A stretch of DNA of 64,000 nucleotides from a virus (IMGVR_UViG_3300032893_000021:25287-89286); one strand, 5' to 3'. Shown: positions 26,428 through 35,761, counted from the first letter of the stretch. The notes: a model not told the origin generated them from the letters alone. Program-made: numbers and translations.

Positions 26428-27125
26428 TGTACGCGAAGCAGCAGCGCCGGTCCGCCTACCCGACCCGGGTGCCGCAGGTCGGCGTCCCGTTCAACCAGCG
26501 GACGTGGTCCAACCCCGTGCGCTACCGGATGTCGTCCTACGGCCGCGACTTCACGGCGTTGCGCAACCGGCCGGACCTCGACCGGCGCGTCGCCAACCGC
26601 GGCTTCAGCGCGCCCGCGGCGAGCATCCTCGTCCCGGGCGGCGGGCAGGGTGTCGAGGTGCTGCTAGACGCATCGGCCGCGGCGCTCTACTGGCCTGCTC
26701 CGCCCGGCGACTGGGAGATCGTCGTCGAGTTCGCTGGCTACACGGCCATCGCCAACACCGAGATGGCCGGGCCGTTCGCCGTCGACTCAAGCGGCACCGG
26801 CGTCGGCGCCTCCCAGTACAACAACTCAGCCGGGATCTACTGTTGGAACCTCGTTTCGTGGGCCTACAGCAGCACGGGCGGGTCGGCCGCGTGGTCCAGC
26901 CCGATCACACGCCAACACATGTGGCAGACGCTGAAGAAGTCGGGCACGACCTACACAGCCAGGCACTCCGACGACGGCTCGACGTTCACCGCCTACACGG
27001 CCAACACCACGTGGGCCGGGACGCCCGCGTGGATCGGCTTCGGCCGGTTCACCGCTGGCACGATCGGCTGGTACCACCTCTACCGGCTCAACGTCTACCC
27101 GGCACCGGCCTTCTTCACCGGCTAG
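26427..27125 (+). CDS. putative ConA-like lectin/receptor-binding protein, copy B
   Basis: Full-length paralog of 25711-26427; TGATG coupling. Confidence 0.6.
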   Translation: MYAKQQRRSAYPTRVPQVGVPFNQRTWSNPVRYRMSSYGRDFTALRNRPDLDRRVANRGFSAPAASILVPGGGQGVEVLLDASAAALYWPAPPGDWEIVVEFAGYTAIANTEMAGPFAVDSSGTGVGASQYNNSAGIYCWNLVSWAYSSTGGSAAWSSPITRQHMWQTLKKSGTTYTARHSDDGSTFTAYTANTTWAGTPAWIGFGRFTAGTIGWYHLYRLNVYPAPAFFTG

Positions 27126-27175
27126 GCAGCGGCAGGCCCGAGGCGCTAACCTCTCCATAGGAGGAACGGACCCGA

Positions 27176-28138
27176 GTGACGACAGGGCTGACACCGTACA
27201 TCACGCCCAAGGTCCTGCTCGCGACCAACTACGGCGTCGACTGGAAGTCGTTCCCGCGCCAGGGCGCCTCGTCAGAGGACCAGCTGGCGGCGCAGCTCGA
27301 CGCCTGCTGGAAGGCGACGTCGGAGGCGGACGCGGTCGCGAACCAGTCGCTCAGGGCCGGGGTCGACACGGAGACGGAGTTCGGGCCCGACCTCGCCGTG
27401 ACCGTCCCCGGCAACGGCTGGGCCAGGATGAGGATGACGAGGTCCCCGGTCCTCCGGGTCGTCGGGGCCGCCGCCGGTCCCGCGGCCGCCACGCCGCCGG
27501 TGGCCCTCTCGCCGATCCCGGCCACGTCACTCGTGGTCGAGCACGGTGGGCAGCACCAGACCGGGACCATCGTCCCCGCGGGCGGGTCCCCGTCGCCGAC
27601 CACCATCCTCGTCGCGCCCGGCTACGTCTCGTGGGCCCTCGGGCGCAACGGCTACATGCTGCAGGTCACCACCGTCTCCGGGTTCCCGGTCGCCGGGATC
27701 GACGCCGCCGCGGCCGCCGGGGACACCGAGATCCACGTCGACGACGTCTCCGGGTGGTGGGACCCGGACCAGGGGCTCGGCGCGGCCGGGACGGTGGCCG
27801 ACCCGCCGACGCGCGAGGACGTGTCCGTGTCGGGCATGACGCCCGACGTCCCGGGCGCCATCTCGGGGCCCGGGACGCTGACGCTGGCGGCGCCCCTCCA
27901 GTTCCCGCACGTCCCGCTGGTCGGCGGCCTGACCGGGCCCGACCAGCGCGTCCTCCTGACGGCGATGCCGCAGACCCTCCAGAACGCCGTCCTCTACTTC
28001 GCGACCTACTTCGGCCTGATGCGCGGCTCGGCCGCGCTCGCCCCCCAGCAGGCACGCGGCGCGATCGGCGGCGTGGCCCGCCAGGACTGGTACGAGCGAG
28101 GGGAGAAGGCCGTCGCCCGGTTCGCGAGGACCTGGTGA
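27176..28138 (+). CDS. putative head-tail adaptor protein
   Basis: AGGAGG SD; TPYITP..L, ATSEAD..NQSLRA, MPQTLQNAV; first of the connector genes. Confidence 0.55.
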   Translation: MTTGLTPYITPKVLLATNYGVDWKSFPRQGASSEDQLAAQLDACWKATSEADAVANQSLRAGVDTETEFGPDLAVTVPGNGWARMRMTRSPVLRVVGAAAGPAAATPPVALSPIPATSLVVEHGGQHQTGTIVPAGGSPSPTTILVAPGYVSWALGRNGYMLQVTTVSGFPVAGIDAAAAAGDTEIHVDDVSGWWDPDQGLGAAGTVADPPTREDVSVSGMTPDVPGAISGPGTLTLAAPLQFPHVPLVGGLTGPDQRVLLTAMPQTLQNAVLYFATYFGLMRGSAALAPQQARGAIGGVARQDWYERGEKAVARFARTW

Positions 28139-28644
28139 GCATCTACTCGGTCGAGCACTGGGCGGCGGACGGCCTCAGCGGCCTTGAGTCGCCGGGCCTC
28201 GACCCGGTCCAGTCATGGGTCGCCCCGCCCCCGCCCGGGTCGGCCTTCATGACCACGCCGCAGGCCTTCGTCTGGGGCGGCAGGGGCCGCGAGACGAGAC
28301 TCACCCTCCCGCGCGCGCGCTCGGCCGCCGACGCCGCCGCCGGGCGGGCCGGGCAGCGGCAGGCGAGACACCAGCTGACGGTCTGGGTCATGTGGGCGTC
28401 GGACGTCTCGATCTCGGTCCAGGACCTGTTCCCGGTCCTCCTGCGGACCGTCCTCGACTTCTTCCGGTACGCCGAGCTCGGCCAGACGATCGCCGACCCG
28501 ACCGACGGCTCGACGTCCGTCCTCCAGACCGTCGGCGAGGACATCGAGTGGCGGTACGGCCCGCCCGTGGCGTCGGGGGACGGCCTCTACCTCTACCACG
28601 CCGCCGAGCTGACCGTCGCCGCGGTCGAGGCCTGGCAGTCATGA
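28135..28644 (+). CDS. putative tail terminator/completion protein
   Basis: Position and size between adaptor and tail tube; alpha/beta pattern. Confidence 0.45.
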   Translation: MSIYSVEHWAADGLSGLESPGLDPVQSWVAPPPPGSAFMTTPQAFVWGGRGRETRLTLPRARSAADAAAGRAGQRQARHQLTVWVMWASDVSISVQDLFPVLLRTVLDFFRYAELGQTIADPTDGSTSVLQTVGEDIEWRYGPPVASGDGLYLYHAAELTVAAVEAWQS

Positions 28645-28916
28645 GGGTCGCCGTCGACAGGTCCGTCCGCGAGGTCGTGATGGCGGACGGGACCTCCTAC
28701 CCGGTCGGGGCGTCCGGCCGTGTGGTCGTCACGGAGCCATCCCACGTCGAGGAGCTCCGTCGGCGCGGCCCGGTGGACGGCCGGGGCTCGACGAGGGGTG
28801 ACTACGCCGCCGAGGTCAAGGCGCCCCCGCGCGGGTCCGGCGGCTGGACCTGCGCCTGCGGCTGGGACGGCTGGGAGTGGACGAGGCGCTGCGGCCGCTG
28901 CGGGGCGCCCCGGTGA
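28641..28916 (+). CDS. small protein with C-terminal Zn ribbon
   Basis: MADG..Y...GRVVV; CACGW...W...CGRCG; paralog of 14690-14992. Confidence 0.65.
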   Translation: MRVAVDRSVREVVMADGTSYPVGASGRVVVTEPSHVEELRRRGPVDGRGSTRGDYAAEVKAPPRGSGGWTCACGWDGWEWTRRCGRCGAPR

Positions 28917-29605
28917 GCTGGCCGCCGGACCCGCTGGTGTACGTCCCGTACGTCCCCGGCATGCTCAGGCCGGAGACGGAGGCCGCCCTCGCGCCCCACA
29001 ACCCGGTCCATGCCGTGCTCGACCCGGAGGACCCGGCCGCCTACTGGGGCCTGCTCTCGGGCGTCTGGGCGGACGGCCTGACGTTCGCGGTCGTCGAGCA
29101 GGACGTGGTCCCCGAGCCCGGGACGGTGGAGGGGTTCGCGGCCTGCCCGCAGGGGTGGTGCGCGGTCCCGTACCTCTGGGGCGACCTGCCCCTGACGGCG
29201 TTCGGGTGCGTGCGCTTCCGCGACTCGTTCATCGCGCGGCACCCGGACGTGTTCTGCAGGATCCCCGAGGCGCAGCGCGACTGGAGGTCGCTCGACTCGA
29301 TGGTGATCGGCGAGCTGCACCGGCGCGGCGAGTCCGAGCACGTCCACGGGCCCAGGGCCCTGCACCTGCGCGACCCCGAGCCGAAGGCGGCCAGGCTAGC
29401 GTTCCGGGGCCCCGTGCGGCTACGCTGGGTCGGGGACGGGCGCCGCCGCCTCGACGGGGTCCCGGCCGCCGACACGGAGCTGGGCGACCCGGCGATGGTC
29501 GCGATAGCGCTGGAGTCCGGCCTGTACGTGCGGGCCGGTGGAGACGACGAGCCCCGGCGAGCCCGGGCGACGGCGCCCGAGGATGCGCCGAGAGGAGGTA
29601 CTTGA
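28913..29605 (+). CDS. GT-A-like glycosyltransferase (ExD variant)
   Basis: LRPETEAAL, VVEQDVVPEPG, WCAVPY, FGCVRF, WRSLD; paralog of 6484-7230. Confidence 0.6.
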   Translation: MSWPPDPLVYVPYVPGMLRPETEAALAPHNPVHAVLDPEDPAAYWGLLSGVWADGLTFAVVEQDVVPEPGTVEGFAACPQGWCAVPYLWGDLPLTAFGCVRFRDSFIARHPDVFCRIPEAQRDWRSLDSMVIGELHRRGESEHVHGPRALHLRDPEPKAARLAFRGPVRLRWVGDGRRRLDGVPAADTELGDPAMVAIALESGLYVRAGGDDEPRRARATAPEDAPRGGT

Positions 29606-30831
29606 CCACCGGATACGGCAGCATCCCGCTGTCCTCCCTCCAGGCCTTCACGGAGGCGGCGCGGGTCTCGGCCACCAACCTCAACCCAGGCTACACGACG
29701 CTCGCCGCGGCCGTCACCGGCACCGGCGGGACCTCGATCAGCGTGACCTCGGCAGCCGGGTTCCCCGGCTCGGGACCGTTCTACGTCATGATCGACGCCG
29801 AGCAGATGCAGGTCACCGCTGGCTTCGGGACCACGTCCTGGACCGTCAGCCGCGGCGCCAACGGGACCACGGCGGCGACGCACGCCAGCGGCGCGCTCGT
29901 CTTCCAGTCCGCCACGTCGCTCATCCCCATCGAGCCGATCATGTTCGAGCCGATGGTCGACCGCTACATGCCCGCCCTGATGCGGAACTCGTTCGTCGCC
30001 TTCTACGAGTCGATGATCGTCTCGGAGCGCTCCGAGCTGAAGGGGCTCAAGATGCCCCAGACGTTCGAGGTCCTGCCGAACCTCCTCGGCTTCGCGGTCA
30101 AGGGCGGCGTCGTCCCGTCACAGAGCCCAACCGGGGTCTACACCTGGGACTTCTCCCCGACCCTCGCGGCGGACGACATCTCCGGGCTAGGCGCCGAGAT
30201 GGGCTCCGACACGGCGTTCTACCACATCGCCGCCCTGTACTGCGACCAGCTGGTCCTCGAGTTCGTCCGCGGGACTGACGCGGCCCAGGCCACGGTCGAC
30301 TTCATCGGGCAGATGGCCTTCCAGATGGGCGCCCGGACCCCGGGCCTGACCCGCCTGGACCTGAACATGATCAACCCGGCGTACACGTCCACGTTCATCG
30401 ACTCGGCGACGATCGGGACGACGCCGTTCAACGACATGTCCAGCGCGAAGGCGACCCTCAAGAACGGCATCCAGCAGCTCTACTTCCTCAACGGGAAGCT
30501 GTACTCGACCGCGATCGCCCGCCCGACGCGCGCGCTCGATGTCGAGCTGGTCCAGTGGTTCGACGACTCGACCGAGCTCTCGAACGCCATGAACGCGGTC
30601 GGGAACGGGGTCGAGCGGAAGCTGAGGCTCGCCGCGACGGGCACGCAGATCGCCTCGACCGGGGTCAACCGCTCGCTGACGCTCGACGCGTACCTCTACT
30701 GGAGGACGTTCCCCTTCAAGGCCGAGAACGAGACCTGGCGGGTGACGTACACCGGCACGACCGTCTACGACGACACGGCCGGGCGCGACTGGAAGATGAC
30801 GCTCGTCAACGACCTCGCCGCGGCGGCCTGA
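29602..30831 (+). CDS. major tail (tube) protein with inserted N-terminal domain
   Basis: TTG after GAGGAGG; GVYTWDFSP and terminal KMTLVN; precedes gp10-like, chaperone and tape-measure genes. Confidence 0.7.
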   Translation: MTTGYGSIPLSSLQAFTEAARVSATNLNPGYTTLAAAVTGTGGTSISVTSAAGFPGSGPFYVMIDAEQMQVTAGFGTTSWTVSRGANGTTAATHASGALVFQSATSLIPIEPIMFEPMVDRYMPALMRNSFVAFYESMIVSERSELKGLKMPQTFEVLPNLLGFAVKGGVVPSQSPTGVYTWDFSPTLAADDISGLGAEMGSDTAFYHIAALYCDQLVLEFVRGTDAAQATVDFIGQMAFQMGARTPGLTRLDLNMINPAYTSTFIDSATIGTTPFNDMSSAKATLKNGIQQLYFLNGKLYSTAIARPTRALDVELVQWFDDSTELSNAMNAVGNGVERKLRLAATGTQIASTGVNRSLTLDAYLYWRTFPFKAENETWRVTYTGTTVYDDTAGRDWKMTLVNDLAAAA

Positions 30832-30832
30832 C

Positions 30833-31261
30833 ATGGGCGCCTGGGAGGACGCGTGGCAGAGGTTCGAGGCGGAGGCGGGGCCGGTCCTCTCCTCCGCCCT
30901 GTCCGACGCCGCGCCGTACTCCACAGGGGAGCTCGCGGCGAGCATGACGTGGGAGGACCAGCAGGGGCGGCTGACGGCCGGGTCCTCCGACGCCCGCGGG
31001 CCGATCGCGGCCTACGTGACGCGGGGGACGGCGCCCCACGGGATCGATCCCGTCTACGCCTCCGTCCTCCACTTCTTCGCGGGCGACGGCACCGAGGTGT
31101 TCGCGTCCCACGTCGATCACCCCGGCACGGCCGCGAACCCGTTCCACATCGACGCCTGGGGGGCGGCCCGGGACGGCGTCCTCGCCGCGTTCCGGCGAGA
31201 GATGCCGGGCGCGGCGCTCTCCTACCTCAACCCGTGGCGCAACAGGACGCTGGAGGTGTAA
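30833..31261 (+). CDS. HK97 gp10-like tail component
   Basis: APYSTGELAASM, YVTRGTAPHGI, VDHPGTAANPF. Confidence 0.75.
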   Translation: MGAWEDAWQRFEAEAGPVLSSALSDAAPYSTGELAASMTWEDQQGRLTAGSSDARGPIAAYVTRGTAPHGIDPVYASVLHFFAGDGTEVFASHVDHPGTAANPFHIDAWGAARDGVLAAFRREMPGAALSYLNPWRNRTLEV

Positions 31262-31265
31262 TGGC

Positions 31266-31796
31266 ATGGGGTTCCTCTCAGGCTTCGAGCATGTGACGAT
31301 CCGGTTCAACGACCGGTTCCAGGTCGACGAGGCCGGGAAGTGGTGGGTCCGGGTCCAGACGTCCCTCGAGCGCAAGGCGTTCCGGCGGGCGCAGGCCAAG
31401 CTGATGACGCCGGTCATGGTGGCCAAGGGCAAGGACGTGTCAACGACGGCGAACGTCTCGTCGGCCGAGTACGTGGACGAGCTCGTGTTCGCCGCCGTCC
31501 TCGACTGGAACTTCACGGACCGGGAGGACAAGCCGCTCCCGCTCGCCCCCGACGCCGCCAAGCGCGAGAGCATCGACGCGCTCCCGGAGGAGGTCGTCGA
31601 GGCGATCCACAAGGCGGTCCGGGACGGGACGCCCGGGGCGGACACCTCCGAGGACGGGCTCAAGGGGGACGAGGCCGAGCGCGAGCGCTTTCCGGAAGGC
31701 GGTCAGGGACGTCCTGATGTTCCCGTCGCGGGAGAGGGACCCCGAGGCGGAGCAGACCCTGGCGGAGATCCAGGCGGCCCGGCTGATGTGGCGTGA
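31266..31796 (+). CDS. tail assembly chaperone (G-like)
   Basis: VLDWNFTD...LPL...IDALP; lies before the tape measure gene. Confidence 0.75.
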   Translation: MGFLSGFEHVTIRFNDRFQVDEAGKWWVRVQTSLERKAFRRAQAKLMTPVMVAKGKDVSTTANVSSAEYVDELVFAAVLDWNFTDREDKPLPLAPDAAKRESIDALPEEVVEAIHKAVRDGTPGADTSEDGLKGDEAERERFPEGGQGRPDVPVAGEGPRGGADPGGDPGGPADVA

Positions 31797-31956
31797 GCTC
31801 GGCGTCCCGGCGACGGCCGACGCCGACGGCTGGACAGTCTCGCGCTGGGAGCGCGTCCTGACGGCCCTGCCGGAGATCGTCACCTTCGAGAACACCGAGG
31901 CCAGGGCCCGGGCCGAGTCGGACGCGAGGGCCCACAGCCAGCAGAGAAGGCGGTAG
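31690..31956 (+). CDS. tail assembly chaperone extension (T-like), probably reached by +1 frameshift; own ATG at 31717
   Basis: Overlapping +1 frame entered at CGC-TTT-CCG (TTT 31689-31691). Confidence 0.6.
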   Translation, partial: FRKAVRDVLMFPSRERDPEAEQTLAEIQAARLMWRELGVPATADADGWTVSRWERVLTALPEIVTFENTEARARAESDARAHSQQRRR

Positions 31957-31960
31957 GGTA

Positions 31961-34900
31961 CTGGCGTTCGACGAGGAGTACGTCGTCCTCCTCGCCCTGG
32001 AGGCGCGCGAGAACGCGGTCCGGGCCGTCGAGTCGGTCGACCGCTCCCTCAACAAGCTGGCCGGGTCGTCCGGGCGCGCCAGGCGCTCCCTCGAGGGGAT
32101 GTCCGGCGCCCAGAAGGCGCTCGGGATCGGCCTCGGGGCCGTGGCCGCCGGGGTGGCGACCTACTTCGTGGCCGCGGAGCACTCGGCCGCCGAGCTCCAG
32201 ACGGCGATGGCGACCGTCCAGGTCAACGCCAACCTGACCGGGGACGCCGCGGCCGCGATGGGGCAGCAGATCGAGGAGGCCGCCGTCGGCACGACCGCCT
32301 CGGCGACCGACATGGCCCGCGCCCTCGGGCCGATCGCCGGAGAGCTGAGGAGGATCCAGGGCGGCTCGCTCGACGCCGCGTCCGCGACCGAGGTCCTGTC
32401 CTCGGCCCAGGACCTGGCAGCCGGGTCGGGGACCTCGCTCAGGTCGACCACCAAGGCGATCACGGACCTCCTCCTCGTCTACCACAAGCACGCCGAGGAC
32501 GCGGCCTCCGTCTCGGACTCGCTCCAGCAGGCCCACGCCGACCTCGGGATCGGCGTCGACCGGCTGGCGATGATGCTCCAGCGGCTCCAGCCGAGGATCG
32601 CCGGGTCCGGCGTCGACATGCAGCACCTGCTCGGCATCGTCCGCGAGCTGGCCCCGGCCGTCGGCTCCGGCCAGCGGGCGATGATGATGGTCGGGAACAT
32701 CCTCTCGATCCTCCAGAACCCGTCGAAGGCGGCCCAGTCCGCGCTCGCCTCGCTCGGCGTCACGCTGACCGACTCGACCGGGAAGTTCGTCGGGTTCTCG
32801 AAGGCGGTCGACCTGATCAAGGGGGCGTACGACCAGCTCCCGGCCGCGGTCGGCAAGACGGCCGCGTCCCAGCGGCTCGCCAAGGACGAGGCGATGCTCG
32901 CCAAGCTGGCGACCGAGGCGTCCTCGAAGGCCGTCACCGCCCACAAGAACGCCCTGACTGCCGACGTCAAGGGCCTCCTCGCCCACGGGGCCCAGCTGAC
33001 CCAGAACACCCTGCTCCAGGCCCTGTTCGGCAGGCAGGCCAACATCGCGTCGTCGCTCATCACGGGCGGGTCCGCCGCGATCGAGGACAACACCACGGCG
33101 CTCGCGAGGAACATGACGGCCGCGCAGGCGGCCGCGACGACTGACGCGACGGTGTCCGGGCAGCTCGAGGTCCTCCACAAGATGCTGTCCACCGTCTCGG
33201 CCGCGATCGGGTCGGTGTTCATCCCGGCCACCGCGTCCGCGCTCCACGCCGTCGTGTCGATCCTCCAGCCGATCGCGGCCTGGATCGTCGCGAACCCCCA
33301 GATCGCGACCACGGCCCTCGCGGTCGCGGGCGCCGTCGCCGGGCTGGGGGCGGCCCTGGTGTTCGTCAAGCCGCTGGTCATCGGGGCGGCGGAGGAGCTC
33401 ATCGGGCTCCTGGGCCCGGCCATCGCGCTCGCGGCCCCGGTAGCGCTCGTGGCCGCCGCGGTCCTCGGGCTCAGGACCGGCATCGGCCCGGTCGACTCCG
33501 CCCTCGACTCGCTGAGGCACGGGATCGACCTCGTCGTCCCGCCGTTCGCGGCGTTCGCGTCTGCGCTGGCGGCGCTCCTGTCTGGCTCTGGCTCCGTCGG
33601 GTCGGTCGCGAACGCGGCCGAGGGCCTCGGGCGCACGCTCCTCGGCCTGGCGTCCGCCGCCTCCGCCTGGGCCGTCGCGGCGGTCCAGAACGTCATGCCG
33701 CAGGTGATCGACACGCTCGAGCAGGTCGGCGCCGCGGCCGCGGCCTGGGTCGCCGACCAGGTCCCGAAGTGGGTCGCGACGGCCCAGGGCTGGATCGGCG
33801 CCGCGGCGGACTGGCTCCAGACGACCGGAGTCCCGCTGTTCGTCAACGCCGTGGGCGTCCTGATCGACAAGGCCGTCGGGGTCATCGGGGACGGCAGCAC
33901 GATCACCGCGGTCGTCAAGCAGCTGTCGCAGTGGGCAACCGCGCTCGCGGCGTGGGCCATCACCGCCGGGGCCGAGGCGGCCGCGGCCCTCGTGGCCTGG
34001 ATCACGGCGACCCTCGTCAGCAAGGGGCCCGAGATCATCGGCGGCCTATGGACCCTCGCCTCGAGCATCGTGTCAGGCCTGGTCCAGGGCATCCTCGCGG
34101 ACCCCGGCAAGGTCGCCCAGGCCGTGCTCGTCCTGCTGACCGGCGCGACGGTCGTGCACATGGTGGCGGCCGCGGCGGGCGTCCTCGCCGAGGCGTTCAA
34201 CGCCGCCTACGCCGCCGCCGTGGCGGCCGGGCAGATGCTGGTGGCCGCCCTGCGCGGGCTGCTCCTCGGGACCGCCGTGACGGAGGTCGCGGCCGAGGCG
34301 GGCGCCGAGATGGGCGACGAGCTGATGGCGTCGTTCATGGCCGTGGCGGCGGGGCCCGCGGCGGCGGCGGAGGCCGCCACGGCGGGGGAGGCGCTCGCGA
34401 GCGGGGTCGGGGCCGGGATCGCGGGCGGGGTCGGAATCGGGGCGATCGCCACCGGCCTCGGGACGGCGCTCGTCGCCGCCATCCCGATCGCGCTCCTCTG
34501 GGCCGCCTCGAAGGCCAAGTACACGGACACCACCGCGGCCCAGAAGGCCATCATCTCGGCCGCCACGAGCACGGGCCACCGGTACGCCATGCCAGCCGGG
34601 TCCTCGGGATCGCCGGTCATGATCGAGACGGGCGGCGCGAGCGCGGCGGACATGGCCGTCTCCGCGACGACGCGGGCGGTCGACAAGCTGACCGGCTCGC
34701 TGGGCGCCGAGGCCAACGCGTGGTCGTACTCGGCCGAGGCGGTCCAGGCGGCCCAGAACGCCTTCCGCGAGGGCGAGCGCTCGGCAACCGCGAGCGGCAA
34801 CGCCATCTCGGCGTCGGCGTCCGACTGGAGCAACGTCTGGATCGACTCGATCCACGGCGCGGTCCAGGTCTCGAACGCGGCAGCGTCCAGCCTCGGGCGC

Positions 34901-35761
34901 CCAATCTCGTCGGCGATCCAGCGCGCGCACGACATCGCCGTGCGGATCGCCTCCTCGACGCCCGGCGACGTCGCCAGCGCGATCAAGGACGGCGCCGCCG
35001 CCGTGACCTCCGCCATGGGCCAACTGAACGCGGACCTGGCCAAGATCGACCCCAAGACGGGGAAGCTCAAGGCCGGGAAGGCGGGCGCCGGTGTCATGCC
35101 CAACTACGCCGACCAGATCCGGCAGCAGCAGACGGCGGTCGAGGCCGCGACCGGGCAGCTGACGGCGGCCCAGATCGCGGCGATCCAGAAGGGCCACGAC
35201 AAGTTCGCCCAGGCCGGGCTGGCGAACGGCGTCGCGATCGCCCACGGGCTCGGCTCGTCATACGACCAGATCAAGGCCGACGCCGGGGCGGCGCTGCAGG
35301 GCGCCCAGGACCAGCTGACTGCGCTCCAGGCCGCGGCCGGTGCGAACGGCTACAGCACCGGCGTCACCTACGCCAACAACCTCGCCAACGGAATCGCGAC
35401 CGGTGAGGTCTCCGTGAAGGCCGCGCTGCGGAACATCGGCCAGCTGCTGCACGCCGAGAGCCCGCCCGGGCCGCGCAGCCCGCTCCACGAGATCGACCTA
35501 TGGGGCGCCCGGACCGGCCAGGCGTTCGTCGACGAGTTCGCCAGGTCGCTGTCCGGCCTGTCCGCCGCCGCCGCCGCACCGCTGTCCGGCGCCGCCTCGG
35601 CGATGGCCGCCCCGCTCGCGGCCCCAGCCTCCGCCTCCGGGCGGCGCGGCGACGTCCACGTCTACCTCGACGGCAAGCGCGTGTCGGGGGCCGTCAGCCA
35701 CCTGCTGTTCGACGAGGAGCGGACCTACGGCGGGGCGGCGAACCCGCTGAGCCCGTTCTGA
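31961..35761 (+). CDS. tail tape measure protein
   Basis: Long Ala-rich helical protein, LASLGVTLTDSTGKF, ALFG, C-terminal SPPGPRSPL and VYLDGKRV; probable CTG start at 31961 (first ATG 32099). Confidence 0.9.
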   Translation: MAFDEEYVVLLALEARENAVRAVESVDRSLNKLAGSSGRARRSLEGMSGAQKALGIGLGAVAAGVATYFVAAEHSAAELQTAMATVQVNANLTGDAAAAMGQQIEEAAVGTTASATDMARALGPIAGELRRIQGGSLDAASATEVLSSAQDLAAGSGTSLRSTTKAITDLLLVYHKHAEDAASVSDSLQQAHADLGIGVDRLAMMLQRLQPRIAGSGVDMQHLLGIVRELAPAVGSGQRAMMMVGNILSILQNPSKAAQSALASLGVTLTDSTGKFVGFSKAVDLIKGAYDQLPAAVGKTAASQRLAKDEAMLAKLATEASSKAVTAHKNALTADVKGLLAHGAQLTQNTLLQALFGRQANIASSLITGGSAAIEDNTTALARNMTAAQAAATTDATVSGQLEVLHKMLSTVSAAIGSVFIPATASALHAVVSILQPIAAWIVANPQIATTALAVAGAVAGLGAALVFVKPLVIGAAEELIGLLGPAIALAAPVALVAAAVLGLRTGIGPVDSALDSLRHGIDLVVPPFAAFASALAALLSGSGSVGSVANAAEGLGRTLLGLASAASAWAVAAVQNVMPQVIDTLEQVGAAAAAWVADQVPKWVATAQGWIGAAADWLQTTGVPLFVNAVGVLIDKAVGVIGDGSTITAVVKQLSQWATALAAWAITAGAEAAAALVAWITATLVSKGPEIIGGLWTLASSIVSGLVQGILADPGKVAQAVLVLLTGATVVHMVAAAAGVLAEAFNAAYAAAVAAGQMLVAALRGLLLGTAVTEVAAEAGAEMGDELMASFMAVAAGPAAAAEAATAGEALASGVGAGIAGGVGIGAIATGLGTALVAAIPIALLWAASKAKYTDTTAAQKAIISAATSTGHRYAMPAGSSGSPVMIETGGASAADMAVSATTRAVDKLTGSLGAEANAWSYSAEAVQAAQNAFREGERSATASGNAISASASDWSNVWIDSIHGAVQVSNAAASSLGRPISSAIQRAHDIAVRIASSTPGDVASAIKDGAAAVTSAMGQLNADLAKIDPKTGKLKAGKAGAGVMPNYADQIRQQQTAVEAATGQLTAAQIAAIQKGHDKFAQAGLANGVAIAHGLGSSYDQIKADAGAALQGAQDQLTALQAAAGANGYSTGVTYANNLANGIATGEVSVKAALRNIGQLLHAESPPGPRSPLHEIDLWGARTGQAFVDEFARSLSGLSAAAAAPLSGAASAMAAPLAAPASASGRRGDVHVYLDGKRVSGAVSHLLFDEERTYGGAANPLSPF

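Noticed and set aside
25711-27125. Diversity-generating retroelement template/variable repeat pair
   Set aside because: Both copies are full-length genes, differences are not adenine-specific, and no reverse transcriptase is present
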